Origin: Blastocatellia bacterium
GTDB lineage: Bacteria; Acidobacteriota; Blastocatellia; Pyrinomonadales; Pyrinomonadaceae
Reading direction: 5' to 3'
Assembly (NCBI GenBank): GCA_003487805.1
Contig: DNNE01000065.1
Span: forward strand, 56,349-120,348
DNA: 64,000 nt
The position numbers and the translations under genes were made by a program. Of the stretch, positions 16,717 to 26,400 are shown piece after piece. The notes beneath the pieces are model-generated. The model made no database searches. It worked only from the letters and a program-made list of their open reading frames with translations, and was not told the DNA's origin. Position 1 is the first letter of the stretch. Every line of letters starts with the position of its first letter.

Positions 16717-16828
16717 GAATAGGTGTGCGAAGACGTGATAAGGAGGAACTATGACAAGCCGAATCTTGATCGCGGTTGTATTTTCAGTTCTCTTTCTTAG
16801 CCCTGCGGTTGGCCAGGATTAAATTGAC

Positions 16829-17278
16829 TTGGACAGACTGGACGAAAAGTTTAGTCGTCAACTGGAGGCTAAGCTGCCCGGCTGGAAACATGAGCGCGGC
16901 GAGCCCATGCAGGGTAGTAAGAATGTGTTAATCCAGTATTGGTCGTCTTCAAATAGGAAGATCAAAATCACAATCATTCCACAGAAGTCGGCTCAAGAAG
17001 CACGAGAGAAAATGGAAGGCTTTGCGAAGAATACGAAGGGTGCAGAAGAGCTGAAAGGTTTTGGCGACGAAGCTTATTCGTGGGGATACGCGGGATCGAA
17101 CGTCGTCTTCAGAAAAGGAAGATTTGCAGTGTTCGTCAGTACCTATGCCGAAGTAGAATCGGATACAGATGCCCAAACATTGAGTCGTTCGGAAAAAGGT
17201 GATCGAGAGAGAGCAGAGATGAAACGGTTGAGCAAAGAATTTGCAAAACATGTCGTTACTGCGCTCGACGAGCCGTGA
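16829..17278 (+). CDS. hypothetical protein; mature part of a gene whose signal peptide is cut off by an in-frame TAA
   Basis: ATG 16751, preceded by AGGAGGA, encodes MTSRILIAVVFSVLFLSPAVGQD. TAA at 16820-16822 follows, and the same frame then continues as IDLDRLDEKFSRQ... (track ORF from TTG 16829). Confidence 0.5.
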   Translation: MDRLDEKFSRQLEAKLPGWKHERGEPMQGSKNVLIQYWSSSNRKIKITIIPQKSAQEAREKMEGFAKNTKGAEELKGFGDEAYSWGYAGSNVVFRKGRFAVFVSTYAEVESDTDAQTLSRSEKGDRERAEMKRLSKEFAKHVVTALDEP

Positions 17279-17301
17279 TCGTCTAGAAGAGAAGCGACCT
17301 T

Positions 17302-18354
17302 ATGTACAACAAATTTATTGGCGTCTGTACACTTGTGTTTGGTCTTGCCTTGTCAGCTTTTCCTCAGGGCACAGTTGAGCAATCTGGGGCCCCCCATCCC
17401 ACGCAAGAAGAGGTTATCGCGGCCAACACGCGGCGCTTTGAGCAGCTAAAGCACCCTACCTTTATCACTCTTAGATTGACTTCTCGCCGGCGCGATTCGC
17501 CTCGTGAGGAAGCTTCAACCATTCCCTCACCCTACTTCGTGGACGACTTGGTCAGTTTTCAGCTATTCATTACTCAGTCCCTCTTCGACGAGCTCATGCT
17601 AGGGAACGAGATGTCGCCGGCTTACGAATATCGGCCAGAGCTATACAAAGACGGTGCCTCTCTCACCTACACAACGGAAGCACAAGATAAAGTCGAGAAA
17701 GCGGAACATCACGTACCGACTGGAAGTGTCTTCATGGTTCAGTTACTACCCGGTCGTGAAGTAAAGTGGACAGATATTAATGTAGACTATTGGTATGGAC
17801 CGCTCGGGCCGGGTCATTATCAACTGACCGTCCGCAAGCGTTTTGCGCCAGATGGTGACTGGACCGAATCAAACCCGGTAACGTTTGAAGTGATACCGAG
17901 AAAGCAACCGACACCTATTCCCGAAGGTGTCAAGGTTAGATTGGTTCCCCAGCATGCGCAGACGCAACCCGAAGGACAGCCATACCGCTTCGGAAGCGAC
18001 GATTATTTTGACGTGGTGCTAGTGAACGAGTCGGACCAGTCAATTAAGGTCAATGTGATCGATTCGTATTATGGAAATCGATTCCAACTGTTCAAAGATG
18101 GAAAGCTATTATCTTACCTCGAAGAAACGGCGAAGCTTATTGAGTTAAAGGACGCAAAGCCATCATCAGTCGACGTGGCTTCCGACTTCTTCATCAAGCC
18201 AAACAGTACTTCCCAGTTAGAAGGTGTGAACCTGAAGAAATGGTACGGCCCGCTAACGCCAGGTGTGTACCGATTAATTGATCGTCGTCGCTTTGAAATT
18301 GACGGGCCATGGACCAAAAACTCCGCCGAGTTGGTAATCGAGATCGTGCCTTAG
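17302..18354 (+). CDS. secreted hypothetical protein with two tandem ~150-aa modules
   Basis: Signal MYNKFIGVCTLVFGLALSAFPQG. Both modules end with related segments WYGPLGPGHYQLTVRKRFAPDGDWTESNPVTFEVIP and WYGPLTPGVYRLIDRRRFEIDGPWTKNSAELVIEIVP. Confidence 0.65.
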   Translation: MYNKFIGVCTLVFGLALSAFPQGTVEQSGAPHPTQEEVIAANTRRFEQLKHPTFITLRLTSRRRDSPREEASTIPSPYFVDDLVSFQLFITQSLFDELMLGNEMSPAYEYRPELYKDGASLTYTTEAQDKVEKAEHHVPTGSVFMVQLLPGREVKWTDINVDYWYGPLGPGHYQLTVRKRFAPDGDWTESNPVTFEVIPRKQPTPIPEGVKVRLVPQHAQTQPEGQPYRFGSDDYFDVVLVNESDQSIKVNVIDSYYGNRFQLFKDGKLLSYLEETAKLIELKDAKPSSVDVASDFFIKPNSTSQLEGVNLKKWYGPLTPGVYRLIDRRRFEIDGPWTKNSAELVIEIVP

Positions 18355-18359
18355 CCCTC

Positions 18360-18899
18360 ATGCCGCAAACTCTCTTCGCAGCGACGATGCCCAAGTACAC
18401 GGCATTCATGCGTGACTTACAGGAAGTGAGTCGTGGCGTGGTTGTAAACACTCCAGGTTGGCAGCAGAAGCTGTCTGACAATCAGCAGCAGTTTGCCGAA
18501 GCCTGGGCCAATCGCCCGGAATTCAAAGCGATTTACGATGGCATGTCGAATACCGATTTCGTGAACACCTTGTACGCGAACGCCGGTATTGTCGTGACCC
18601 AAACAGATCGCGACACGCTGGTCTCGCGCCTGGATACTGCCAACGAGACCCGAGCCGCAGCGCTGCTCGACGTCGCGTCGAATGCAGCGTTCCGGCAGAG
18701 CGAACAGAATGGTGCGTTCGTGCTGATGGAATACTTCGGCTACTTGCGAAGGGATCCGAATACTACTCCGGACAGCGACCTGAGCGGCTATAACTTCTGG
18801 CTCAACAAACTGAATCAGTTCGGCGGGAACTATGTCGATGCCGAAATGGTTAGGGCGTTCATTATCTCGTCCGAGTATCGTCAGCGGTTTGGCCAATGA
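18360..18899 (+). CDS. DUF4214 C-terminal fragment, truncated paralog of the 3' end of the 23401-26973 gene
   Basis: GVVVNTPGWQQKLSDNQQQF...FVLMEYFGYLRRDPNTTPDSDLSGYNFWLNKLNQFGGNYVDAEMVRAFIISSEYRQRFGQ aligns with GVVVGQPGWELTLENNKQAF...FVLMQYFGYLRRDPNAAPEPGLNYGGYSFWLSKMDQFNGNYNDAEMVKAFLVSLEYRQRFGP. No N-terminal domains or signal peptide are present. Confidence 0.55.
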   Translation: MPQTLFAATMPKYTAFMRDLQEVSRGVVVNTPGWQQKLSDNQQQFAEAWANRPEFKAIYDGMSNTDFVNTLYANAGIVVTQTDRDTLVSRLDTANETRAAALLDVASNAAFRQSEQNGAFVLMEYFGYLRRDPNTTPDSDLSGYNFWLNKLNQFGGNYVDAEMVRAFIISSEYRQRFGQ

Positions 18900-18934
18900 C
18901 GAATTGAAGCACGAAGCAAAGACGATTGATCAAG

Positions 18935-18965
18935 TAGGCGGTGCAGACGCGCCGCCTATTTTTTT
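18935..18965 (+). terminator. rho-independent terminator
   Basis: TAGGCGGTGC-AGAC-GCGCCGCCTA (10-bp stem, 1 mismatch) followed by TTTTTTT. Confidence 0.75.
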
Positions 18966-19185
18966 ACGAGTGTAAACGACGAATGGCGCGCCGGCTATGT
19001 CGAGATGGGAACGCCGGCAGCGGACTATGCCGGCAAGAGAGCGCATGCTTTACTCGAAGACGGGAGGGTGGTTTGTGGGTCGCCCACTGAGAGCCACATA
19101 GCGGCGTCAAGACCCAATTCGTTCCACCACGCTCTGGATTGCTATTGCCGAGTCCTGACGTGCATACTCTGGGCGCTTCGGCTTC

Positions 19186-22100
19186 ATGAAACGCGCGCTC
19201 ATCCCCCGACTTATCCTGTGCTGGTTGGTTTGCCTTGCCTTTGCGCTGAGTGTTCCTGCTGAGCGTCTTCCCATCAAAATCTACACCTCGGCCGATGGTC
19301 TGGGCAGCAGTTTTATTAGCTTCATCATGCGCGACTCGCGAGGCTTTCTTTGGATCTGTACTCGTGACGGCCTGAGCCGCTTTGATGGCGCGCATTTCGT
19401 GACCTATCAAGTGGGTGATAAGAATGCGCCGCCTGGGATTGAGCGAATTCTCGAAACCCGAAAAGGCATTTATTGGATTACAACCACAAACGGGCTGTAT
19501 CGCTTCGATCCCGATGCTCCGCTCGCCGTTGCCGAAACGAAGAGTGGCGACCGGCCGATTCTCAACGCCGAATTTGTCAGTGAGAGCCGCGGAAACCTCT
19601 ACGAAGATCATAACGGGAATCTGTGGTCCCAGGGGGCCGGTCTCTATCGTTTGGAAGAAAACGGACACCAGCTAACGTTCCAAAAGGTTGAATTGAACCT
19701 GCCTTTCTCCAAAGCCGGCACATTTGCAGTTGCGGCGATTTGTGAAGGACAGGACGGAAGTTTTTGGCTGGCGACTACCTGGGGACTGCTGATCAGACGT
19801 TTGCCTGATGGCAGGCAAGTCATTTATGAAGTCGGCACGCCACAAACCAACGGACTACTGAGCATCCTGGAGGATCGCAACGGCAGGATCTGGTGCGCGG
19901 GCACAGAGGGCGTCTTTGTCATCAAGCCCGAGTCGCTTGCATCACTGGCCTCTCTGACAGTGGCACCGGTGCATCACTTAAACGAGGTAAGAGCAGTTAG
20001 AACAGCCTCGATCGATCACGTTAGTTTGCCGGAGCAGCCCGGCGAAGTCGTCAAATATCCGGACCTGGAAGGAAAAGACAAAGGCCATCCGAGGTATTTG
20101 TCACAGACGGCCGACGGACATATCTGGATCGGGAACGTTTTTGATGCGATCGAATTCGATGAATCTTCATTTCATGGTTACACGGCAGCTCAGGGCTTTC
20201 TCGAAGGAATCGAACGAATCGTGGAAGACGGCAGTGGCAATCTTTGGCTGAGTGGCATAAACGGGCTTATGCGATTGGCTCGAGGCGGACTCACCTCGTA
20301 CAAAACCGGTGATGGATTAGGGGACCAAAATATCCTCAGCATCAGCCAGACTCGCGACGGCAGGCTCTTCACGATGGGTGGCAATCTTTCTCTGAGTTTT
20401 TTTGATGGCCGCAGCTTTGAATCAATCAGGCCGGCATTGCCGACAGGCAGCCAGGTGCTTTGGACTTCAAATCCGGTCCTGCAGGACAGCAGAGGCGAAT
20501 GGTGGTTTTTGACCAATGGCAGACTTTATCGCTTTGCCGCCGCCAGCGACTTTCATAGTCTGGCCCACGCTCAACCGCGCGCAACCTACGATAGCCGCGC
20601 CGGTCTCAAGGGCAATGCGATGTTCCACATTTTCGAAGATTCGCACGGCGATCTCTGGTTCGGTACTCACGATGCTGAGGGCCCGCGGCGCGGTTTGACG
20701 AAATGGAGTCCGGCGACCGAGAAGTTCTATCCTTTTTCCGAAGCTGAAGGCTTCCCCCCGGACAGGTCGCCCTCGGCGCTTGCCGAAGACCGCAGCGGGA
20801 ATCTCTGGTTTGGCTTTTACGAGGGCGGAATGGTGAGATACCGAAATGGGCTCTTTACGGAATTCACCTCTGCCGACGGCCTGCCTAATGGACTGATCAC
20901 TGCTTTATATTCGGATCGACAGGGCCGGCTTTGGATCGGATCTGCGCTGGATGGGCTCGCTCACGTTGACGATCCGACTGCCGCGCATCCTCGCTTTATC
21001 AAACTGACTTTGGCAGACGGTCTGGCAAGCAACAACGTTCGTTCGATCACCGAAGATCTGTTTGGCAATCTGTATGTGGGCACAGCTCGTGGGGTTGACC
21101 GCCTGGCGGGGGATGCTGCGCGCATCAAGCATTATTCGACCAATGATGGACTGACCGGCGATTTCGTCTCGACTGCGTTTCGTGACGAGAGCGGCGCTGT
21201 TTGGTTCGGCACGCCGAGCGGTATTTCGCGGTTGGTGCCAGCGCCTGATAAATCTCTGGCCGCGCCTTCGGTCTGGGTGAGCGGCTTGCGAATCGCGGGC
21301 GAGAGCCGTTCTGTTCCCACACTGGGAAGCGCCGCGATTTCAAATCTGGAGCTCACTCCCGCCCAGAACAATTTGCAGATCGACTTCCTGGCTATCGACT
21401 TTAACGCGGGCGAGGACTTGCGCTATCAATACATGCTCGAAGGCGCCGACAAAGATTGGGGTGCTCCGACTCAACTTCGCACGGTCAATTATGCAAACCT
21501 CGCCTCGGGCAGCTACCGCTTCATAGTGCGCGCAATTAATGCGAATGGTCTCGCTAGTTCAGGCTCTGCGGTTGTCTCTTTCCGCGTGTTGGCGCCATTT
21601 TGGCGGCGCTGGTGGTTTATCACTCTGGCCGCAATCTTCATCGGCGCGGCGGCCTTTTCGGTCGATCGTTACCGAGTAGCACGTGTGCGGGAGCGGCAGC
21701 AGGCCGAAACCGCGCTGCGCCGCGCGCGCGAAGAGCGCCTCGTCGAACTGGAACGTGTCCGCAAACGGATCGCCAGCGATCTGCATGACGACATTGGTTC
21801 CAGCCTGACGCAGATTTCGCTCTTAAGCGAAGTGGTGAGCCAGCGGATTGATCGCGACAATGCGTCGGTAACTCAGCCGCTCGCGATGATTGCAAACTCG
21901 TCGCGCGAGCTGGTCGATGCCATGAGCGACATCGTCTGGGCCATCAACCCACACAAAGACCATCTCAGCGATCTGACGCAGAGGATGCGCAGCCTGGCCA
22001 GCGAAGTATTCACAGTGTGTGGCATCAAGTTTCACTTTCGCACGCCTGCTGTCGATATCGATCTGCCGCTGGGCGCCAATCTTCGCCGCGAAGTGTTTCT

Positions 22101-22386
22101 GATCTTCAAAGAGAGTGTCAACAATACAATCAAACACTCAGGCGCGACTGAGGTGGATATCGAGTTTCGCGTCGATCGCGATCAGCTGTTCCTGCGAGTA
22201 GCCGATAACGGCAAAGGGTTTGATTCAACTCAAGAGAGTGACGGCCACGGGCTGATCAGTATGCGCGCGCGCGGCGAAGATATCGGCGGGGAGTTGGAAA
22301 TCGTTTCAGATGTTGGTAAAGGAATGACGGTGACGTTGTCGGTGTCGCTGCGCGATCAGGGCGTCAAGTGGTTTAATGAAAGCTAA
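19186..22386 (+). CDS. sensor histidine kinase with periplasmic two-component-regulator propeller / Y_Y_Y region, HisKA_3 and HATPase_c
   Basis: Signal/TM at the N-terminus. More than 10 repeats of the G.L.SN.V..I.ED..G.LW.GT type. TM WWFITLAAIFIGAAAF. H-box RIASDLHDDIGSSLTQI. ATPase motifs NTIKHS, DNGKGFD, GHGLISMRARGEDIGG. Confidence 0.9.
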   Translation: MKRALIPRLILCWLVCLAFALSVPAERLPIKIYTSADGLGSSFISFIMRDSRGFLWICTRDGLSRFDGAHFVTYQVGDKNAPPGIERILETRKGIYWITTTNGLYRFDPDAPLAVAETKSGDRPILNAEFVSESRGNLYEDHNGNLWSQGAGLYRLEENGHQLTFQKVELNLPFSKAGTFAVAAICEGQDGSFWLATTWGLLIRRLPDGRQVIYEVGTPQTNGLLSILEDRNGRIWCAGTEGVFVIKPESLASLASLTVAPVHHLNEVRAVRTASIDHVSLPEQPGEVVKYPDLEGKDKGHPRYLSQTADGHIWIGNVFDAIEFDESSFHGYTAAQGFLEGIERIVEDGSGNLWLSGINGLMRLARGGLTSYKTGDGLGDQNILSISQTRDGRLFTMGGNLSLSFFDGRSFESIRPALPTGSQVLWTSNPVLQDSRGEWWFLTNGRLYRFAAASDFHSLAHAQPRATYDSRAGLKGNAMFHIFEDSHGDLWFGTHDAEGPRRGLTKWSPATEKFYPFSEAEGFPPDRSPSALAEDRSGNLWFGFYEGGMVRYRNGLFTEFTSADGLPNGLITALYSDRQGRLWIGSALDGLAHVDDPTAAHPRFIKLTLADGLASNNVRSITEDLFGNLYVGTARGVDRLAGDAARIKHYSTNDGLTGDFVSTAFRDESGAVWFGTPSGISRLVPAPDKSLAAPSVWVSGLRIAGESRSVPTLGSAAISNLELTPAQNNLQIDFLAIDFNAGEDLRYQYMLEGADKDWGAPTQLRTVNYANLASGSYRFIVRAINANGLASSGSAVVSFRVLAPFWRRWWFITLAAIFIGAAAFSVDRYRVARVRERQQAETALRRAREERLVELERVRKRIASDLHDDIGSSLTQISLLSEVVSQRIDRDNASVTQPLAMIANSSRELVDAMSDIVWAINPHKDHLSDLTQRMRSLASEVFTVCGIKFHFRTPAVDIDLPLGANLRREVFLIFKESVNNTIKHSGATEVDIEFRVDRDQLFLRVADNGKGFDSTQESDGHGLISMRARGEDIGGELEIVSDVGKGMTVTLSVSLRDQGVKWFNES

Positions 22387-22491
22387 GAATCTTTCTCTCG
22401 GTTCTCCATTTGGGCTGCTACAAATTCGTGTAGTGCTTAATCATTGAAGCTCGCGTAAGCTTGGTTCGGCTGGGACCACCGGAGCAAGTTT

Positions 22492-23172
22492 ATGCTTGAG
22501 GCTATAGAAGACAAAGTCATGGAAATAACGCCGCCAGCGGTGATTGAAGTAGCGATCGTCGAGGATCGTCGTGAGATTCGCGAGAGTCTCGCGCTGTTGA
22601 TCGGCGGCACTCCCGGCTTTCATTGCACTGGTAGCTTTCGCTCGATGGAAGAGGCCCTGGACAGATTAAAAGCTCATCAACCGCACGTGTTGCTGAGCGA
22701 CATCGGACTGCCGGGAATGTCAGGCATCGAAGGCATTTCTATTTTGAAGGCGCGTTATCCGGATTTGCTCATCCTCATGCTTACGGTCTATGACGATGAC
22801 GAGCGGATCTTCGACGCGATCTGCGCCGGTGCCTGTGGCTATTTGCTAAAGAAAACTCCGCCTGTGCGTCTGCTTGAGAGTTTGCGGGAAGCCACCAGCG
22901 GCGGCGCGCCCATGTCGCCAGAGGTCGCCAAAAGAGTGATGACCCTATTTCGTGAGATTCGTCCTTCCGATCGCGCCGATTATCAATTGACGCCTCATGA
23001 AACCCGGCTGCTAAAACTTCTGGTCGAAGGCCATAACTACAAAACCGCAGCGGGTGAACTCGGCGTAACGGTCCACACCGTCTCGTTTCACCTGCGGAGC
23101 ATCTACGAAAAGTTGCAGGTCCACTCCAAATCTGAAGCCGTCGCCAAGGCTCTGCAGAACCGCCTGATCTAA
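22492..23172 (+). CDS. NarL/LuxR-family response regulator
   Basis: GGAG 7 nt before the ATG. REC domain (VAIVEDRREIRE...LLSDIGLPGMSG...LMLTVYDD) plus a LuxR-type HTH (LTPHETRLLKLLVEGHNYKTAAGELGVTVHTVSFHLRSIYEKLQV). Confidence 0.9.
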   Translation: MLEAIEDKVMEITPPAVIEVAIVEDRREIRESLALLIGGTPGFHCTGSFRSMEEALDRLKAHQPHVLLSDIGLPGMSGIEGISILKARYPDLLILMLTVYDDDERIFDAICAGACGYLLKKTPPVRLLESLREATSGGAPMSPEVAKRVMTLFREIRPSDRADYQLTPHETRLLKLLVEGHNYKTAAGELGVTVHTVSFHLRSIYEKLQVHSKSEAVAKALQNRLI

Positions 23173-23400
23173 TCAACTTATTACAGTCCTGACTGGTTTG
23201 CGCGCGATTTTCCCTGAAAGAATCGTCGTCGACTACCGTTTTCTCCCTTACTTACAAATCGTCGGCACTCTGCCAGGAATCGCTGCACGCAGCTACAGAT
23301 CGAGGTAGTGACGCGCTGCCGGTTTTGAATTCAAATGCATTCCACGCACAACGCGCGATTTTGAAACCGGCAGCTTGAAGAAAGAAGAGGAGCTAACTCA

Positions 23401-26400
23401 ATGAAAACCCAATCAACAAATCGTCACTACGATTGGCTGAACAGCTTAGCGTCGGCCATGAACGGTTTTAACACCGCTCCGCTGAAGCGCGACGAGCTTA
23501 CCACCCAGACAGGTGACGACCTCAATTGCGACGACCAGGATTCGCCGTCGCCAACTAACCGGATGAAAGAGAGAGAAACCGAAATGCAAGTTTTGAATAA
23601 CTACGAGACGCTTACCGGCCGCTTTGCTACCACGATGAGCACCATCGTCATGCTTATTGGCCTCTTGTTCCTGACCGGATCTGCGGCCTCGGCCAAAACG
23701 ATCACCGTCACCGGCACCGGCGATACGATTGCCGTCGACGGCGTCGTCACGCTGCGCGAGGCAATTACCGCGGCCAACACCAACGCGGCGTCCGGTGATG
23801 CGCCCGCGGGTGATCCGGGCCTCGATGTAATTAACTTCAACATCGCGGGCGGCGGCGTCAAAACGATCAGTCCAACTTCAGCGTTGCCCATCATCACTGA
23901 GCCAATCACGATCAACGGCTACACCCAGCCAGGTGCGAGTCCGAATACGCTCGCGATCGGCGATAATGCAATCTTATTAATCGAGCTGAACGGTGTGAAT
24001 GCGGGAGCATCTACTTTTGGGCTAATCATCAACGCGGTCAATTGCACCGTGCGGGGCCTGGTCATTAATCGGTTTAGCGTGTATGGCGTCCGGATAATGT
24101 CCGGTATGGGTAATAACCTGATTGCCGGTAACTTCATCGGCCTGGATCCCACGGGCACGATCGCCCTCGGCAACACATCCTCCGGCATTGGCGTGAATTC
24201 ATCCGACAATGCCATTGGAGGTTCAGCGCCCGCCGACCGCAATGTTATTTCCGGCAACCACGCGCCCGGCATTTTCATAATCGACGGCAATTTTGGCGAC
24301 GTTCTCAGCAACAATAAGATCCAGGGCAATTACATAGGGACGAACGCCGCCGGTACAGCCGCGCTGACGAACATCACTGCCGGAATCAACATCGCCGGCA
24401 CGGACTCTAACCTCGTCGGTGGATCTAATCCCGGCGAGGGTAATCTGATTTCCGGCAACTCCGGCGAAGACGGCATCCGCATCGGTAATAGCTCGACGAA
24501 CACTAAGGTCATGGGCAATCTCATCGGAACCAAGGCAGATGGAATCAGCCCTCTTGGTAACGGCAGGGGAATTACTTTGGCCAACACCGCTTCATCCACG
24601 ATCATCGGCGGCACAGTGGCTGGCTCGGCTAACATCATTGCCTTTAGCAGCTTTGGTAATGCTGTGTCGGTTGAGAAGCAAAATAAACAGAATGCCATTC
24701 TTGGCAATTCGATCTTTTCCAATCAGTCAATCGCGATAAACGGTCTGGGAATTGACCTGAGCGATAACAACGGTGTCGGGGGCGTGACGCCAAATGACCC
24801 TGGCGATGCTGACACGGGCGGGAACGATCTACAGAATTTCCCTGTCCTGACTTCTGTTACTCCGAGCGGCGCGACGACGACCGTGCAGGGCACGCTCAAC
24901 TCAACGGCGAACACGCAGTTTCGTGTCGAAGTTTTCTCGAATACTGTCTGCGATCCGTCTGGCTTCGGCGAGGGCCAGAAGTTCGTGGCCTTCGCTAATG
25001 TAACGACGGACGCCAACGGCGATGCCGGCTTTACCCAAAACATTCCGACTGCTTCGCTGGTTGGCCCGGTCTTTACTGCGACGGCGACTGACCCCAACGG
25101 CAACACTTCGGAATTCTCGCAGTGCAAGACTTCTGCCGCGGGGGGCTCTGGCGTTCTACAGTTCGGCACCAGCATGCTCACGTTCTTCGAGGCGGCAGGA
25201 ACGGCGACCGTCACGGTTACCCGCACGCAGGGGAGCACCGGCACAGTCAAGGTTGACTACGCGACCGGGCCCACCAATCAGAGTAATAAAGCAACCGCAG
25301 GAACGGACTATACGACGACGAGTGGGCAACTCACTTTTCTGGACGGTGAAACCAGCAAGACGGTTAGCGTGCCCATAATTGATGACGCAATCTCTGAGCA
25401 GGAAGAAGCCTTTTCCATGACGCTCAGCAATCCGACCGGTGGCGCGACCATCGGCATTCAGAGCACGGTAACGTTCGATATTCTGGATGACGACGCGCCG
25501 GCCCTGACAATCAATGATGTACAAGTTGTGGAAGGCAACGCGGGAACCACCAATGCCACGTTCACTGTCAGCCTGACGCACACCTACTTCCAGGACGAGA
25601 GCGTCGATTACACTTCCGCGGCCGGAACGGCGCAGAGCGGCACTGACTATCAGCCGGCAAGCGGCACGCTCGTCTTCCTCGCGGGCCAGACTTCGAAAAC
25701 GATCACCGTGCTCGTCAACGGGGACACGACGCAAGAGCCGGACGAAACTTTCTTTGTCCAACTCTCGAACAGCAACAATGTGAGCATTCTCAAAAGCAAA
25801 GGCACCGCCACGATCATCAACGACGATGCGCCCCCGGCTCCAACGGTGCAATTCAACAATGCGAGCTACAGCGTGCAGGAGGACCTGGGCGCCCTGACAA
25901 TCACCGTTACGCGCACCGGCGACAGCAGCGCCCCGGCTTCGGTTGACTACGCGACCAACGACGGCACTGCGACGCAGAAGGGTGATTTTGAGTATGCGGC
26001 GGGAAGGCTGACGTTTGCTCCGGGCGATACCAGCAAGACCTTTCAGGTGCTCATTAATGAAGACATGTACCTCGAAGGCAACGAGACCTTCGGCCTAACT
26101 CTCAGCAATCCCGTCGGTGCTACCCTGGGTCAGCAGAGCACCGCTGCCGTCAGCATCATCGACGACTCGCCGGAGTCGCTTACCAATCCAATCGACGATG
26201 CTCAGAGTTTTGTCTACATGCATTATCATGATTTTCTCAATCGCGAACCTGACCAGGCCGGCCTCGCATTTTGGACTAACCAGATAACTGCCTGCGGCGC
26301 TAATCAGACCTGCATCGACGCTAAGCGCTCTGATGTTTCCGCGGCGTTTTTCGTCTCGATTGAATTCCAACAGACCGGCTATCTGGTGGAGCGCATCTAT

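Noticed and set aside
16820-16822. Stop-codon reassignment or programmed readthrough of the in-frame TAA.
   Set aside because: TAA, TAG and TGA all terminate well-supported genes in this window (e.g. TAA for the 61561 gene, TAG for the MFP, TGA for dut), and no recoding signal is visible. A mutation or sequencing error is the simpler explanation.
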